IMG/VR virus record: IMGVR_UViG_3300042357_000538
Span: 1 to 62,295 of that record
Length of the DNA stretch: 62,295 nucleotides
Strand: one strand, 5' to 3'
From: a virus
Lineage: Duplodnaviria > Caudoviricetes
Positions within the stretch are counted from its first letter, which is position 1, and each line of letters starts with the position of its first letter. The position numbers were made by a program, and so were the translations under genes. Under the pieces are notes generated by a model, which was not told where the DNA came from, ran no database searches, and saw only the letters and a program-made list of their open reading frames with translations. This document shows positions 52,508 to 62,295 of the stretch, piece after piece.

Positions 52508-52732
52508 TTACGCCTTGGGGACGCCAAGGAGCAGGCGCATGTAGTGGCGCACCGAACGGGGCATCGGCCCCGGGTAGCCCGCCAGGTCCGCGCGCATGTC
52601 GTCACTCAGGGGGAAGGTCGGCCCGAAGGGGTCGCAGAGCGCCTCAAGGCGTTCCGCCTTGGTGGGGCGCTGGGGGGTACGCGGCCCATTCGGCGGGCCG
52701 GAAGCCACCGGCGAGGGCTTCGATGCGGTCAT
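52508..52732 (-). CDS. Hypothetical protein, 74 aa, overlapping the end of the polyvalent gene
   Basis: Fills the gap before the next promoter; overlap of 89 nt. Confidence 0.4.
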   Translation of the reverse strand: MTASKPSPVASGPPNGPRTPQRPTKAERLEALCDPFGPTFPLSDDMRADLAGYPGPMPRSVRHYMRLLLGVPKA

Positions 52733-55700
52733 AGAGTTGCGCCTCCGTCAGTGTACCACGGCGGTAGTCCTCGAAGACGCTGGTGAGCGCGGCGTTGAAG
52801 ACGCGGTCGCGCTTCTGCACGGGCGTGAACAGCCCCTTGATGCCCTCCCACGAAATCGACTGGGCCTGCGCCGGCCGGAGGCCACGCTGCGCGGCGGCCA
52901 TGGCCACGGCATCGCGGTACATGGCGTGCCCACCGGAGATGCCCAAGGCGGCGCTGCCGGGGCCAGCCATCACGGCGCCGACCTCGGGGGCCGAACCCCC
53001 CAAGGGGCGGAAGTGGGCGCCGGCGATGTTGTGCGTATCGACGGTGACGCTACGGGAGTCGAGCGGGACGTTGATGTTGTTGAAGAAGCTGCGGACCTTG
53101 TGCCCCATCCCCATCGCGGCGGAGAGGGCCGCCGGGGAGTCGTCCTCGAGCACGGAGAGGCCGTTCGCCATGATCGGGTAGCTCTGCCACTGGAGCAGTG
53201 CCGGGGTGCCGTCGCCGGTTGTCGCGGTGCGGAAGGCGTCCCCCTCGGGGGTGTAGAGGGAGTAGTGCGGGGGCTCGACTAGCTCGCTGTGCGCGCGGAT
53301 CATCTGGGCCCGCTGTGTGTCGGGCAGGCCCTCGAAGCGCGTACCGATGAAGCTCCGGGCATCGGCGAGCTTCTGCTCCGCATTCGCCAGCACCCGGGCC
53401 GCAGCGTCTCCCGTCAGCTTGTTGCTCTTGATCCAGGCCAGCGCGGACTGGGTCGCGGCGTTCGCATACTGGTCGAAGTGCTCCTGGGTGAACGGCGCGT
53501 CGGTATCCTTGAACTCACGCCACCAGCGCCCCAGGCGGTTGGCGATGTCGATGTTCTGGTTCCAGTCCTTGCTCGGGCTCTGGGTGGCCAGGAGGCCCGC
53601 GCCCTGCTGGCCTGACACCCCGATGCGCGCCCCCAGCTCGTTCCCCAGGCGGTGCGCGCCCTCGTACCAGCCGCCCGCCCGGGCGCGGAGCGCCTCCGGG
53701 ACCATGTCGATGAGCCGGCCGATGCTCCCGCTCGCCTGCGAGGCGAAGGCCCCCACCACATCCGCCGGACTGGCGCCCCCGCGTGCGCCCAGGAACGGGC
53801 GGTAGCGGGAGAGGAGCGGGTCCGAGCCGATGCCGAGCGCCAGCTTCCGGAGCAGGGCGGGGTCCTGGCTCGCCTCGGCCACGCCGGTCATCAGGGCGCG
53901 GGTCGGTTCGGTCGCGGCGACCGCAGCCTTCCCCGTGGGCACGCGCGTAGACAGGAGGAGGCGGTCACCCACCATCTCGTAGGGCGCGTTGGCGGGACCG
54001 CCGCGCCTCCGCATGAGCCCCGCCCCCGCCACGCCCAGCCCCGCCGTTGCCAGAGCAACGGCGATCGGGTCCAGCTCGCCGTCCTCGTCCATCGCGGCGG
54101 GCGCGGCGAGCAGCGCGGGGGCCATGCGCGCGCTGGCGCGCGCGGCCTCATCGGCGCCGGCCTGGGAGGCAGCCTTGAGCGGGTCGAAGTTCTGGCCTTC
54201 CTGGCCCCGGAACTTTCGCAGGATCTCCACGATGTCGTCGCGGAAGCTGACGAGGTTCGAGCTCGTCTTCTCCGCTTTCCCGAACCGGGAGATGCGGTCG
54301 AGGTACGTGATCCCATCAATCCCGTCCGCGCGCAGGCGATCGGTGATCTCGGGCTTGGTGAGACCGTTGCGCGTCCCGATGAAGCGGTAGGCTTGCTGAC
54401 CACTGGGGTTGGGGATGTCGATGAGGTCGGGGTCGATCTCGTCCCAGTCCAATTCCGCGGGCTGGTGCTGGACCTTGTGGCCGGCCAGCACATCACGGAC
54501 GTGGGAGGACTGGGCGTCGAGCGGCTTGTCCCAATCGAGGAGGCGCTCTGGTGTCGTGTGCAGCCCGACTTGGTAGAGGAAACCGTCGGCGTCTGGGAGC
54601 GCAGCGATGGCGTGGCGGGCCTCGGCGAGGTCAGCCTCCAGTCGGGCAATCTCGGCCGGGGCGAAGATGCCACGGTCCTTGAGGTCGAGCTGTGTCTGGA
54701 CCTCGGCCTCGCGGAACAGCCACTCGTCCTTGCTCTTCCCGCGCCACTTCGTAGGCGGCGGCGCGACCCCAGGGCGCAGCGAGAGGACACGCTGGTACTC
54801 TTTGGCGACTGCGGGTTCCTGGGCAAAGTACAGGCCATGCCCGTAGGTCTGATTGCCTTCGCCCGTGCCGATCTTGCTCAGGTCGAAGCGATCGAAGTCG
54901 TGGGGCGTGCCGTGATACGCGACCAGCGGCTTGGTCACGCGGCGCGCGAGCGCTGCCCCCGTGACACCCGCCCCGGCGAGCAGTGCCATCTGGACGGGCG
55001 AGAGCCCGTCCTCCCCATCCTCGGCGGCGCCTGCCGCCCCGGCCAGGCCGAGTGGTGCTACCATCGCAGGCGATGCCAGCGCGTCTCTTCCGGTTTCGGC
55101 CGCTGTTCCCCCTGGATTCCGCAGTGCCTCCAGCCAGCTCCGGCGCACCACCGGACGCGGGGCAAACGTCTTCACGTCCTCCCGCACCCCCGTCGGCTGG
55201 TAGCGCATCGCCGCCGGATCCCATTGCTGCGTGGGCACGCTGGAAAGCAGCCCGCCATAGCGCTGCGCGACCTCCTGCTCGAAGAGATTGAGCAGCTCCT
55301 TGTCGTCACGCGCGAGGGGTGTGATCTTGGCGAGGATCTCCTCGACCACCGCCGCATTCGCCGGGTCGTCCGGGTTGAAGAGCGTGCCGGGCTTGGCCCA
55401 GCTCGTGTAGATGTCCCCCTGCTGGGTGCCCTTGGCGACGGCATCCTCGACCGCCGAGCGGGGCGTATTCCAGTACGTGCGATTCAGGAACGTGCCGGGG
55501 TGCGCGCTCTTTCTCGCGAGCTCCGTCCCGGGGATCCCGCGTCCGTGGTACGCCGGGTCCAGGACCTCGAGCCCTGGGGTCGTGGAGCGATGGACCAGTT
55601 CCTGCCACGCGGCGGTCTTGGGCGACAGGGGGTTGGGGAGTTCCTGGCCCGTCCCCATGTGGAAGATCGCGTCCTCCCCGCGACGGCCCGCGAGGGCGAG

Positions 55701-56540
55701 CGCGCGCTCGATCCCCGGCACCGCGTCGGACACGTCCATCGCGATCTGCCCGTCGTCGTTGATCCAGGTGCCGAGCGCCCGGGTCGGATCCTCCTCGAGC
55801 AGGCGGCGGTGATCGCGGGTGAAGCGCGCGAGGGCCTCGGGGGTGAAGTCACCCGGGGGGAGATTCCGCGGCGGCACGACCCCGCCCACCATGCTGTGCG
55901 TCCCATCCGGGACCGTGCCGTCCAGCCGGGTGGTGGAGCCCCCACCGCGGGTCCGGGCGACGATGTCCTCGTAGGGGAGGTCCGGTTCGCCCGTGTTCCT
56001 CAGGGGGAATGAGCCGCGCTCGTCGCGCGCGAAGCGCGACTCCAGGAGGTCATCCGCCAGGCTCGCGCCCGACTGCGTCGGGCGCCCCATCGCCCCCTTC
56101 AGCCCCCACCCACCCAGCGCGGCTTCGATCGCGCCGCCGGCGGCGGTGCCGGCGTCCTCGGCGCCCGCGAGGGTGCCCAGGCCCTCCGCGATGTACGGCA
56201 CGTTCAGGGCCGCCTCGGTCGCGCGGGCACCGCGCGACAGGCCCAGCAGGCCGGCCTTGCCGGCCAGGGACGCGCCCCCGGACAGGGCGAGCCCCGCGAG
56301 GGACAACGGGGAGGTCATGCTCTCGACGAGGCTGGTGCCGACGCGGCCCGCGCCGGAGTCCCCGAAGGTGTCGTCGGCCAGGTCCACGAGGGGGGCGTTG
56401 CCCCACTCCCAGGCCTTGCTCAGGAACGAGGGGGCTTCGGGCGTGGCGTTGCCACGCCCGCCAGCGAGGGACAGGAGTTCCTCATCGCTGGCGTCGGGGT
56501 ACTGGGCGATCAGATCGCGAAACTCGCGGAGTGAGGGCAT
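52644..56540 (-). CDS. Large polyvalent (probably injected) protein with ART-PolyVal, a second ART-like domain and a divergent HhH-GPD-like domain
   Basis: AYHGTPHDFDRFDLSKIGTGEG..YGHGLYFA; HRST...LDPAYHGRG...RTYW; WY...SP..W..N, KVRSFFNNI, VTVDTH, QSISW. Confidence 0.8.
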   Translation of the reverse strand: MPSLREFRDLIAQYPDASDEELLSLAGGRGNATPEAPSFLSKAWEWGNAPLVDLADDTFGDSGAGRVGTSLVESMTSPLSLAGLALSGGASLAGKAGLLGLSRGARATEAALNVPYIAEGLGTLAGAEDAGTAAGGAIEAALGGWGLKGAMGRPTQSGASLADDLLESRFARDERGSFPLRNTGEPDLPYEDIVARTRGGGSTTRLDGTVPDGTHSMVGGVVPPRNLPPGDFTPEALARFTRDHRRLLEEDPTRALGTWINDDGQIAMDVSDAVPGIERALALAGRRGEDAIFHMGTGQELPNPLSPKTAAWQELVHRSTTPGLEVLDPAYHGRGIPGTELARKSAHPGTFLNRTYWNTPRSAVEDAVAKGTQQGDIYTSWAKPGTLFNPDDPANAAVVEEILAKITPLARDDKELLNLFEQEVAQRYGGLLSSVPTQQWDPAAMRYQPTGVREDVKTFAPRPVVRRSWLEALRNPGGTAAETGRDALASPAMVAPLGLAGAAGAAEDGEDGLSPVQMALLAGAGVTGAALARRVTKPLVAYHGTPHDFDRFDLSKIGTGEGNQTYGHGLYFAQEPAVAKEYQRVLSLRPGVAPPPTKWRGKSKDEWLFREAEVQTQLDLKDRGIFAPAEIARLEADLAEARHAIAALPDADGFLYQVGLHTTPERLLDWDKPLDAQSSHVRDVLAGHKVQHQPAELDWDEIDPDLIDIPNPSGQQAYRFIGTRNGLTKPEITDRLRADGIDGITYLDRISRFGKAEKTSSNLVSFRDDIVEILRKFRGQEGQNFDPLKAASQAGADEAARASARMAPALLAAPAAMDEDGELDPIAVALATAGLGVAGAGLMRRRGGPANAPYEMVGDRLLLSTRVPTGKAAVAATEPTRALMTGVAEASQDPALLRKLALGIGSDPLLSRYRPFLGARGGASPADVVGAFASQASGSIGRLIDMVPEALRARAGGWYEGAHRLGNELGARIGVSGQQGAGLLATQSPSKDWNQNIDIANRLGRWWREFKDTDAPFTQEHFDQYANAATQSALAWIKSNKLTGDAAARVLANAEQKLADARSFIGTRFEGLPDTQRAQMIRAHSELVEPPHYSLYTPEGDAFRTATTGDGTPALLQWQSYPIMANGLSVLEDDSPAALSAAMGMGHKVRSFFNNINVPLDSRSVTVDTHNIAGAHFRPLGGSAPEVGAVMAGPGSAALGISGGHAMYRDAVAMAAAQRGLRPAQAQSISWEGIKGLFTPVQKRDRVFNAALTSVFEDYRRGTLTEAQLYDRIEALAGGFRPAEWAAYPPAPHQGGTP

Positions 56541-56576
56541 CAGGGCGGGGGTGGAGCGGGGAGGGAGGGCGCGGGC

Positions 56577-59081
56577 CTACTGGCCCGCGAGGAAGCGCGC
56601 GTACAACCGCGCGGCGCGGTCGTCCGTGTCGTCCAGCGTGGCGGTGTCGAGGGCGGCCTGGCCGGCCTCGGCGGTCGCGAGGCGCTTGCGGCGGGTGGAG
56701 GCCGCGGTGGCATCCCGGGCCTGCTGCGCGGCGCTGCGCTCGGCGACGGGGAGGCCGAGGAACTTCATCCAGCCGGCGGCGTTGCCGGATTCCTCCGGCG
56801 ACATGAAGGACTGGCCCGCGCGGCCCACCGAGGAGAGGAAGGGGAGGGCCTGCTCGAAGGTGTAGTTGGTGGCGACCGGGAGCACGGTCTCGCCGGTCTG
56901 CGGGTCGCGCGAGATCCCGGGCAGGACCTGCGCCACGTCGCGGATCCCGGGGATCTGGAGCAGCCCCGGGGCGCGCTGCTTGTCGCCCAGGAAGCCGAGG
57001 GCGCTGTCGTAGACTTCCTTCTGCTGGAAGAAGTTCCGGTTCGTGCCCAGCTCGATCGGCGCCTTGATCAGGGGGGAGAGGCCCGAGACCACATCGCCCA
57101 GCGCATCCTCCAGGGAGGACATCTCGCCCAGGCCCGCGATCTTGTTGAGGTCGGCGATCGGCAGGTAGGGGTTGACGTAGGCGCGGCCACCCTCGCGGAA
57201 GCCGAAGGGTAGCGGCAGGAAGCCCTGCTTCTGGTACCACTCCGGGCGCAGGGCCTCAGGCGTCGCCGTGCCCCGGTCCTCGCCCAGGTCCTCGAGCGCG
57301 TCGGTGCCCTTGGCCACGAAGGCGGGGACGGCGGGGCGGTCCACGAGGGAGCGGAGCTGCAGCGGGACGTTCTTCCGGGTCCAGGTGTAGAAGGGGAGGA
57401 TGTTCCGCCCGACGTTCTTCTCGAGATCGGTGAGCTCGGCGTAGTCGAACAGCTTGTCCTTCACCGCGAGGACGGCGTCCTCGGGGCTCATGCCCTTCGC
57501 GAGCTCGTCGTAGAATAGGGCCCGCTTCGAGCCCCCCTCGATCGTGTTCCCCAGGCCGTGCATGGCGCCGCTGTACGCCCGCCACGCGGCCTTGATCGGG
57601 TTGCGCGTGGCCGTGTCGGTCCCGTCCAGGGTGGCGGTCAGTTTCCCCGCGAGGCCGTTGGTCGAGCCCACACTCGAGAGCTCGCCGGCGCCGAAGGCAT
57701 CGGCCCCGCCCACCGGCGTGAGCCCGTGCTTCCGCATCAGGTCGTTGATCTGCGCGGGGTCCAGATTCCGGCCGAGGGAGGCGACCAGCTCCGGACTGGC
57801 GCTCTTCGCCCCCATCCCCTGGGCGTAGCGGGTGGCGATGTCGAGCGGGTTGGTGAGGCCCCCGAGGGCCCCGTTGTACAGGTTCCCGATGAGGTTGGTG
57901 GCGTGGAAGCCGGGGCGCAGGACCGTGGCGCCCGTGCGCCACTGCTGCATGACCGCATCCAGGCCCTTGAGCAGGGCCGCGCGCTCGCCGCCGCCCTGGC
58001 TGATCTTGGCCAGGTCCTTGGCGATGGCCTCCGGGATGTAGCGGCGCCCGAGGCTCTCGCTCTGGCGGGCGCTGAGGGGGAGGACCGAGTCCACCCGCAC
58101 GTAGCCCGGGCGCTCGAGCACGCTGCCGTACTGCCCCAGCACCGTGTCCCGCAGGAACTGGGCACTCTGGCGCGAGCGCTCCCCGTCGAGCTCGCGCACG
58201 AGGGCCGCCACAGCGGCGTCGGGCTCGGCGCCATTCGCGATGGCCTCGGCCAGGCTCGCGGTCTCGCGCTCCTTGGCGAAGGGGCTGGTGGGGTTGACGC
58301 GGCGTCCGCGGCCCACGCCCTCCCGGAAGAAGCCGTCCTCGTTCCGGAAGACGTAGGGGGCGTAGTGGCCGGCCTTGCTGGCCACGGCATCCTCGTCGAG
58401 GATGCCGAGGTTGACGCCCGTCGTGCCGATGTCGTCGTAGACCTTCCGCTGCTGCCCGAGCACGGCGCGGAGCGCCGGGTCGAGGGCCGCGTCATCCCCC
58501 GCGTCCAACGCCAGGCCCACCATCTTCCGCTGCTCGGGGGTCAGCCCCTGGTAGCGCGTGGCGACATCCTCGAACACACGGTTCGGGAGGGTGCGCCGCT
58601 CCGAGTCGAAGAGCCGGCGGCTCTTGGCATACTCGGGGAGCTCGCGCAGGTGGTCGTAGGGGATGAAGGCCTCACCGATCGCATTCCGCGCGGCCTTGGC
58701 GCCCTCCACCACCGAGTCGAGCCCCACGCTGCGCAGCCCGCGCGCCGCCACCTCGCCCACCTGGCCGAGGACCTTGCCGCCCAGGCGGGTGGCCCCGCCC
58801 ACCGGGACGAGGTTCAGGGGGTCGAGGGCCACGTCACCGGCGAAGCCGGCCGCGCGCCGGCCCCAGGTGTCCTCGTAACCCGCATCCGCGAGCACGTCAT
58901 CGAAGTCGTCGCGCGTCTCCCCCCGCAGGTTGCGGAGGGCGCGCGCGACCGGGTCGTCCCCGCGCTGGTACGCGCGCACCGCGCCGGCTGTGGCCGCCCC
59001 GGGGCGACCCAGCCAGTCGAGGGCGGCACGCAGCGTGGACTCTTCCGCCTCGGGGGGAGGCGCGCCGAAGCTGATGGGCAT
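56577..59081 (-). CDS. Putative internal virion protein, 834 aa
   Basis: LDPLNLVP, PGFHATNLIGN, LFDYAELT.LEK...PFYTWTRKN, SPLIKAPIEL motifs of large phage virion proteins. Confidence 0.7.
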   Translation of the reverse strand: MPISFGAPPPEAEESTLRAALDWLGRPGAATAGAVRAYQRGDDPVARALRNLRGETRDDFDDVLADAGYEDTWGRRAAGFAGDVALDPLNLVPVGGATRLGGKVLGQVGEVAARGLRSVGLDSVVEGAKAARNAIGEAFIPYDHLRELPEYAKSRRLFDSERRTLPNRVFEDVATRYQGLTPEQRKMVGLALDAGDDAALDPALRAVLGQQRKVYDDIGTTGVNLGILDEDAVASKAGHYAPYVFRNEDGFFREGVGRGRRVNPTSPFAKERETASLAEAIANGAEPDAAVAALVRELDGERSRQSAQFLRDTVLGQYGSVLERPGYVRVDSVLPLSARQSESLGRRYIPEAIAKDLAKISQGGGERAALLKGLDAVMQQWRTGATVLRPGFHATNLIGNLYNGALGGLTNPLDIATRYAQGMGAKSASPELVASLGRNLDPAQINDLMRKHGLTPVGGADAFGAGELSSVGSTNGLAGKLTATLDGTDTATRNPIKAAWRAYSGAMHGLGNTIEGGSKRALFYDELAKGMSPEDAVLAVKDKLFDYAELTDLEKNVGRNILPFYTWTRKNVPLQLRSLVDRPAVPAFVAKGTDALEDLGEDRGTATPEALRPEWYQKQGFLPLPFGFREGGRAYVNPYLPIADLNKIAGLGEMSSLEDALGDVVSGLSPLIKAPIELGTNRNFFQQKEVYDSALGFLGDKQRAPGLLQIPGIRDVAQVLPGISRDPQTGETVLPVATNYTFEQALPFLSSVGRAGQSFMSPEESGNAAGWMKFLGLPVAERSAAQQARDATAASTRRKRLATAEAGQAALDTATLDDTDDRAARLYARFLAGQ

Positions 59082-60391
59082 CAGGGGAGGGGGAGGATGG
59101 ACAGGGGGAGGCCCGCGGCCTGGGCCTGGATCGCGGCCAGGCGGCGCTCGGCGATGGCGAGCTGCGCGGGGGTGCCGGCGCGCTTGGCGGTTTCGACCGC
59201 GGCCGTGGCGTCAGCCAGGGCGGCCACGGCCCGACGAAGGGGGTCGCCCTCACCGGTGGCCCGCTGCGCGAACGACCGGTCGGCGTTCTGCGCCCGGAGC
59301 CGTTCGTCGAGCTTCGACGCCACCTGCAGCGCATCCGGCACGCGGTAGCGGGACTTGGGCGGCTGCTGCCGGAGCCCGTCCGCGCGTGCGACCTGGGTGC
59401 CGAGGCGCGTGTCCTGGGCGGTGCCGAGGTTCCGGCGCAGGCGGTCGAGGCCTGCCGCCTGGCCCCGGGTGAGGCGCTCGTTGAGGGCCGCGAGCTGCTG
59501 CTCGCGCGCGCGCACGGCGTCGGCCTGGGCCACGGTGCGGTCCACATCGGCCACGCGCTGCTGCCCGATGCGCTCCTTGACCGTGCTCCGCGCGGCATCC
59601 TTCTGGAGGAACTCGTCCATACGTGCGGCCGTGAAGGCCGACTCGCCACGGCGCAGGTGCTTCTGCAGCAGCGTGTCCGCTTCGATCTGCTGGAAGACCT
59701 GGGGGAGCTTCGCGCGGTGGGCTTTGCCGGCCGCATCCAGTTCCGCGATGCGGACTTCCCAGGGCGCGGGCGTGGTGCGCCCCATCTTGCCCACCTGGTT
59801 GGCGGCCTGCTGAAGGCGTGGCAGCGCGCGCCCGGCGATCGGCACCTTGGCCAGGACGCCCGGCTTGGCCAGGACGCCGGCGAAGGCGGCATCGCCCGCC
59901 AGCTCACCCCAGCGGCCGCCGGCCACGGCATCCTCCATCCGGTCGGCCGGGATCCCGCCCAGCTCGGCCACGCCACGCACAGCGCCCGGCACATCCCCCC
60001 GGCCCAGGCGCCCGCCGGTCTGGTTCCAAAGCGCCTGCCCGCGCTCGACCTGGCGCCGGCGCGCGGCGTCCATGCCACCGTCCCTGGTGGCCTGGAGATC
60101 GCCCCAGGCATCGGTGAGCGCGCTCACCCCTGGGAGGCTCGCGGGGATGCCCGCGAGCGCGCCCAGGGCGTTGCTCCCGAACTGGGAGAGGGCGTCCATC
60201 CCGTGGCGCACCACGGCGCCGCCGGTGGACTCGGGCGTCAGCCGGCGCGTGATGGAGGAGAAGGCCTCGTCCTCGGACAGGCCGCTGCGCACGAGGCGCT
60301 CGAACTCCTGCTCCGCTTCCTGCTCCGAGCGGGGGACGTAGGCACCGGGGGACTGGGCCGCCTGCAGGGCCAACTCGCGTGGGGTGGGCAT
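59081..60391 (-). CDS. Putative internal virion protein, 436 aa
   Basis: Helical and coiled-coil; tightly packed operon. Confidence 0.6.
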   Translation of the reverse strand: MPTPRELALQAAQSPGAYVPRSEQEAEQEFERLVRSGLSEDEAFSSITRRLTPESTGGAVVRHGMDALSQFGSNALGALAGIPASLPGVSALTDAWGDLQATRDGGMDAARRRQVERGQALWNQTGGRLGRGDVPGAVRGVAELGGIPADRMEDAVAGGRWGELAGDAAFAGVLAKPGVLAKVPIAGRALPRLQQAANQVGKMGRTTPAPWEVRIAELDAAGKAHRAKLPQVFQQIEADTLLQKHLRRGESAFTAARMDEFLQKDAARSTVKERIGQQRVADVDRTVAQADAVRAREQQLAALNERLTRGQAAGLDRLRRNLGTAQDTRLGTQVARADGLRQQPPKSRYRVPDALQVASKLDERLRAQNADRSFAQRATGEGDPLRRAVAALADATAAVETAKRAGTPAQLAIAERRLAAIQAQAAGLPLSILPLP

Positions 60392-60393
60392 GG

Positions 60394-61473
60394 TCAGTAG
60401 TTGTTGTGCTGGGCGCCCGGCTGCTTCGCGAAGAAGTCGGCGAACCGGCCCTTGCCCGTCCCCGTGGCGGGCGCGGCCTGGAGCAGGGGGAGGAGGTCGG
60501 CGGGGATCGGGCGGCCCTGGGCCTGGAGTCGGGCAACGGCCTGGAGGACGGCGGCCTTCTCGATATCCGCGCGCCGCGCGAGCGCGCGCTCGGGGGTCAT
60601 GGGCGGGGTGCCGGCCACCTGGGGACGGCCGAGCTCGGCCTCGAGCAGGTCGTCCAGCAGCTTGGGGCTGATGGCGCTGTCGAGGTAGGCCGCCGCGGCG
60701 GGGTCGGCGGTGTAGCGCCCCCCGAGGGTGGTGCGCGGGGGATCGGCCTCGCGGCGCGAGCCCCCAGTGCGGTAGTACTGGCCCTGGTCGCCAATGAACC
60801 CACGCTGCGCGGCGCCGGTCGCCAGGTCGTCCTTGGTCTGCCAGAACTTGTAGAGGGCCTCGGGGCTCCGCAGGTGCGGGAGGATCTGGCTCATCGCCCG
60901 GCTCGGGTTGCCCCAGTCGATCGTGGGGTCCTTCATCAGCTTGGCGAACGTCGCCTGCTCCTCACGCTGGCGCGTGGCCTCGGCGATCTCGAGCTCGGTG
61001 GCGCGGGCCTGGTTGGCCTGCGTCCGCTCCTGGGCGACCTGGCCCGGGGAGCGGCGCACGTAGTCGGCACCGCGATCGGCGGCGATGCTCCCACCCGCGA
61101 TGCTGTTGGCGTCCGCGGCGAACCCCGTGAGGGGGGCCTCGGTAGAGATCAGCCCGCCCAGGCCGACCGTGCCCGCGTTGGCCTTGAGCATCGGATCCAC
61201 GGGCGCGTCGAACTCACTGGCCCACCGGAGCTGGTTGCTCGTGCGGTCGTACAGGCGCTCGTCCTTGGCCTGCGCGTCCTGGTCCTTCTGCCGCGCCAGC
61301 GTGTCCTGGTATCGTTGGTCCTCGACGGTGTCGCGCGAGGCGCGATACTGCTGCTCGGCCTGGTAGCGGCGGTCGAGTTCCTCCCGCCGGGCGAGGTCCT
61401 CGCGCTCAGCCACGGCCTGGCGAAAGGCCTGGTGGCCACCGATCAGGGCATTGCCCAGGGCTCCCCAACTCAT
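60394..61473 (-). CDS. Putative internal virion protein, 359 aa
   Basis: N-terminal charged coiled coil; operon packing. Confidence 0.6.
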   Translation of the reverse strand: MSWGALGNALIGGHQAFRQAVAEREDLARREELDRRYQAEQQYRASRDTVEDQRYQDTLARQKDQDAQAKDERLYDRTSNQLRWASEFDAPVDPMLKANAGTVGLGGLISTEAPLTGFAADANSIAGGSIAADRGADYVRRSPGQVAQERTQANQARATELEIAEATRQREEQATFAKLMKDPTIDWGNPSRAMSQILPHLRSPEALYKFWQTKDDLATGAAQRGFIGDQGQYYRTGGSRREADPPRTTLGGRYTADPAAAAYLDSAISPKLLDDLLEAELGRPQVAGTPPMTPERALARRADIEKAAVLQAVARLQAQGRPIPADLLPLLQAAPATGTGKGRFADFFAKQPGAQHNNY

Positions 61474-61474
61474 C

Positions 61475-62295
61475 TCAGCTCCTCGCCGCCTGGACCGCGC
61501 CGGCGTAGAAGCGGGGGTCCTTCAGCATCGTCTTGGCCGTCTGGGTCAGGGCGGTCTTGCCGAAGGCCTGGCCCACCCCGGCCCCGCCGCCCCCGCCCAG
61601 GCCGCCCGTGGCGGCGCCGAGCCCGGCACCCATCAAGGCGCCCTTCCAGCCGCCACCCGAGGTCGCGCCCTGGAACGCGCCACTGCCGGCCGCGATGGCG
61701 GCCGCCATCGCCGGGGAGGCCGCACCGGCGGTCGCGATCGTGGCGGCGCCGAGCGCGCCGTACTTGATCGCCTTGCCCCACTTCGTCTTCCAGAAGGACT
61801 CCTTCTTCAGGTCGCCCGTCTGGGGGTCGAGCTCGTAGCCCTTCGGCAGGCCCGTTTTGGGGTTGATCTTCTTGCCCGTCTGGTTGGCCAGGTCCTGGCC
61901 GCGCTGCGCCCCGAGCTGTTCGTCCCAGAGCTGGTTCTGCTGGTTCCAGAGCTGCTGGCCGCGCGCGACCCCCGCTGCGCGGGGGTCCTGGGCGGGGGCC
62001 TGGAGCCCCAGCGCGCCGAGGTCGGTCTGCGCCAGGTGGGGGTTGACGCCGAGGCGATCCGCCTCGGCGTTGGCGATGGCCTGGGCCGTGGCGGCCTTGA
62101 CCTGGGTGGGGTCGGTCATGGCCTGCGTGAAGCCCGCCGGCGGGGCCATGGGCTGGAACTTGGCCCCGGCCGGGCCCGGCACGGCGAAGCCGCCCCCGAA
62201 GAGCTTGGAGGCGACGGCGCCCTCGAGCATCCGGCGGTTGGCGAACGTCTGGGCCTCGCCCAGGGGAGCGATGCCTGCACCTGCACGGGACTGCA
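61475..62295 (-). CDS. 3' part of the junction-spanning virion/ejection protein gene
   Basis: Gly/Ala-rich hydrophobic C-terminus typical of DNA-transfer proteins; in frame with 1..439. Confidence 0.8.
   Translation of the reverse strand, partial: QSRAGAGIAPLGEAQTFANRRMLEGAVASKLFGGGFAVPGPAGAKFQPMAPPAGFTQAMTDPTQVKAATAQAIANAEADRLGVNPHLAQTDLGALGLQAPAQDPRAAGVARGQQLWNQQNQLWDEQLGAQRGQDLANQTGKKINPKTGLPKGYELDPQTGDLKKESFWKTKWGKAIKYGALGAATIATAGAASPAMAAAIAAGSGAFQGATSGGGWKGALMGAGLGAATGGLGGGGGAGVGQAFGKTALTQTAKTMLKDPRFYAGAVQAARS
62197..62295. repeat. Terminal direct repeat, copy 2
   Basis: 99-nt exact match to positions 1-99. Confidence 0.95.

Overview
A complete, circularly assembled genome of a very GC-rich tailed dsDNA phage with podovirus-like gene content. 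It has about 62.2 kb of unique sequence: bases 1-99 repeat at 62197-62295, and one gene reads across the join. The minus strand carries packaging (TerS-like, TerL, portal), head (scaffold, major capsid), tail/fibre, lysis (GH108 endolysin, holin-like, permuted NlpC/P60) and putative ejection genes. It also carries a 1298-aa polyvalent protein and two aberrant tRNA-like elements inside the late operon. The plus strand (29.5-51.2 kb) carries many small early genes, including a SAM-lyase-like protein and an orphan HicA-like protein. It also encodes a Cas4/RecB-like nuclease, a Sak4-like ATPase, an SSB-like protein, a tyrosine recombinase, a UDG-fused family A DNA polymerase and nucleotide-metabolism genes. 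The most striking signal is non-coding. Four sequence-divergent twister self-cleaving ribozymes with compensatory base changes sit in the early region. Each follows a U-less GC hairpin, and they alternate strictly with promoter-like elements (two sigma54-type and three of an unusual CTATGACACA-palindrome class). A family of nine GAGC-loop hairpins is also present. All protein calls come from motif recognition by eye; no searches were run.
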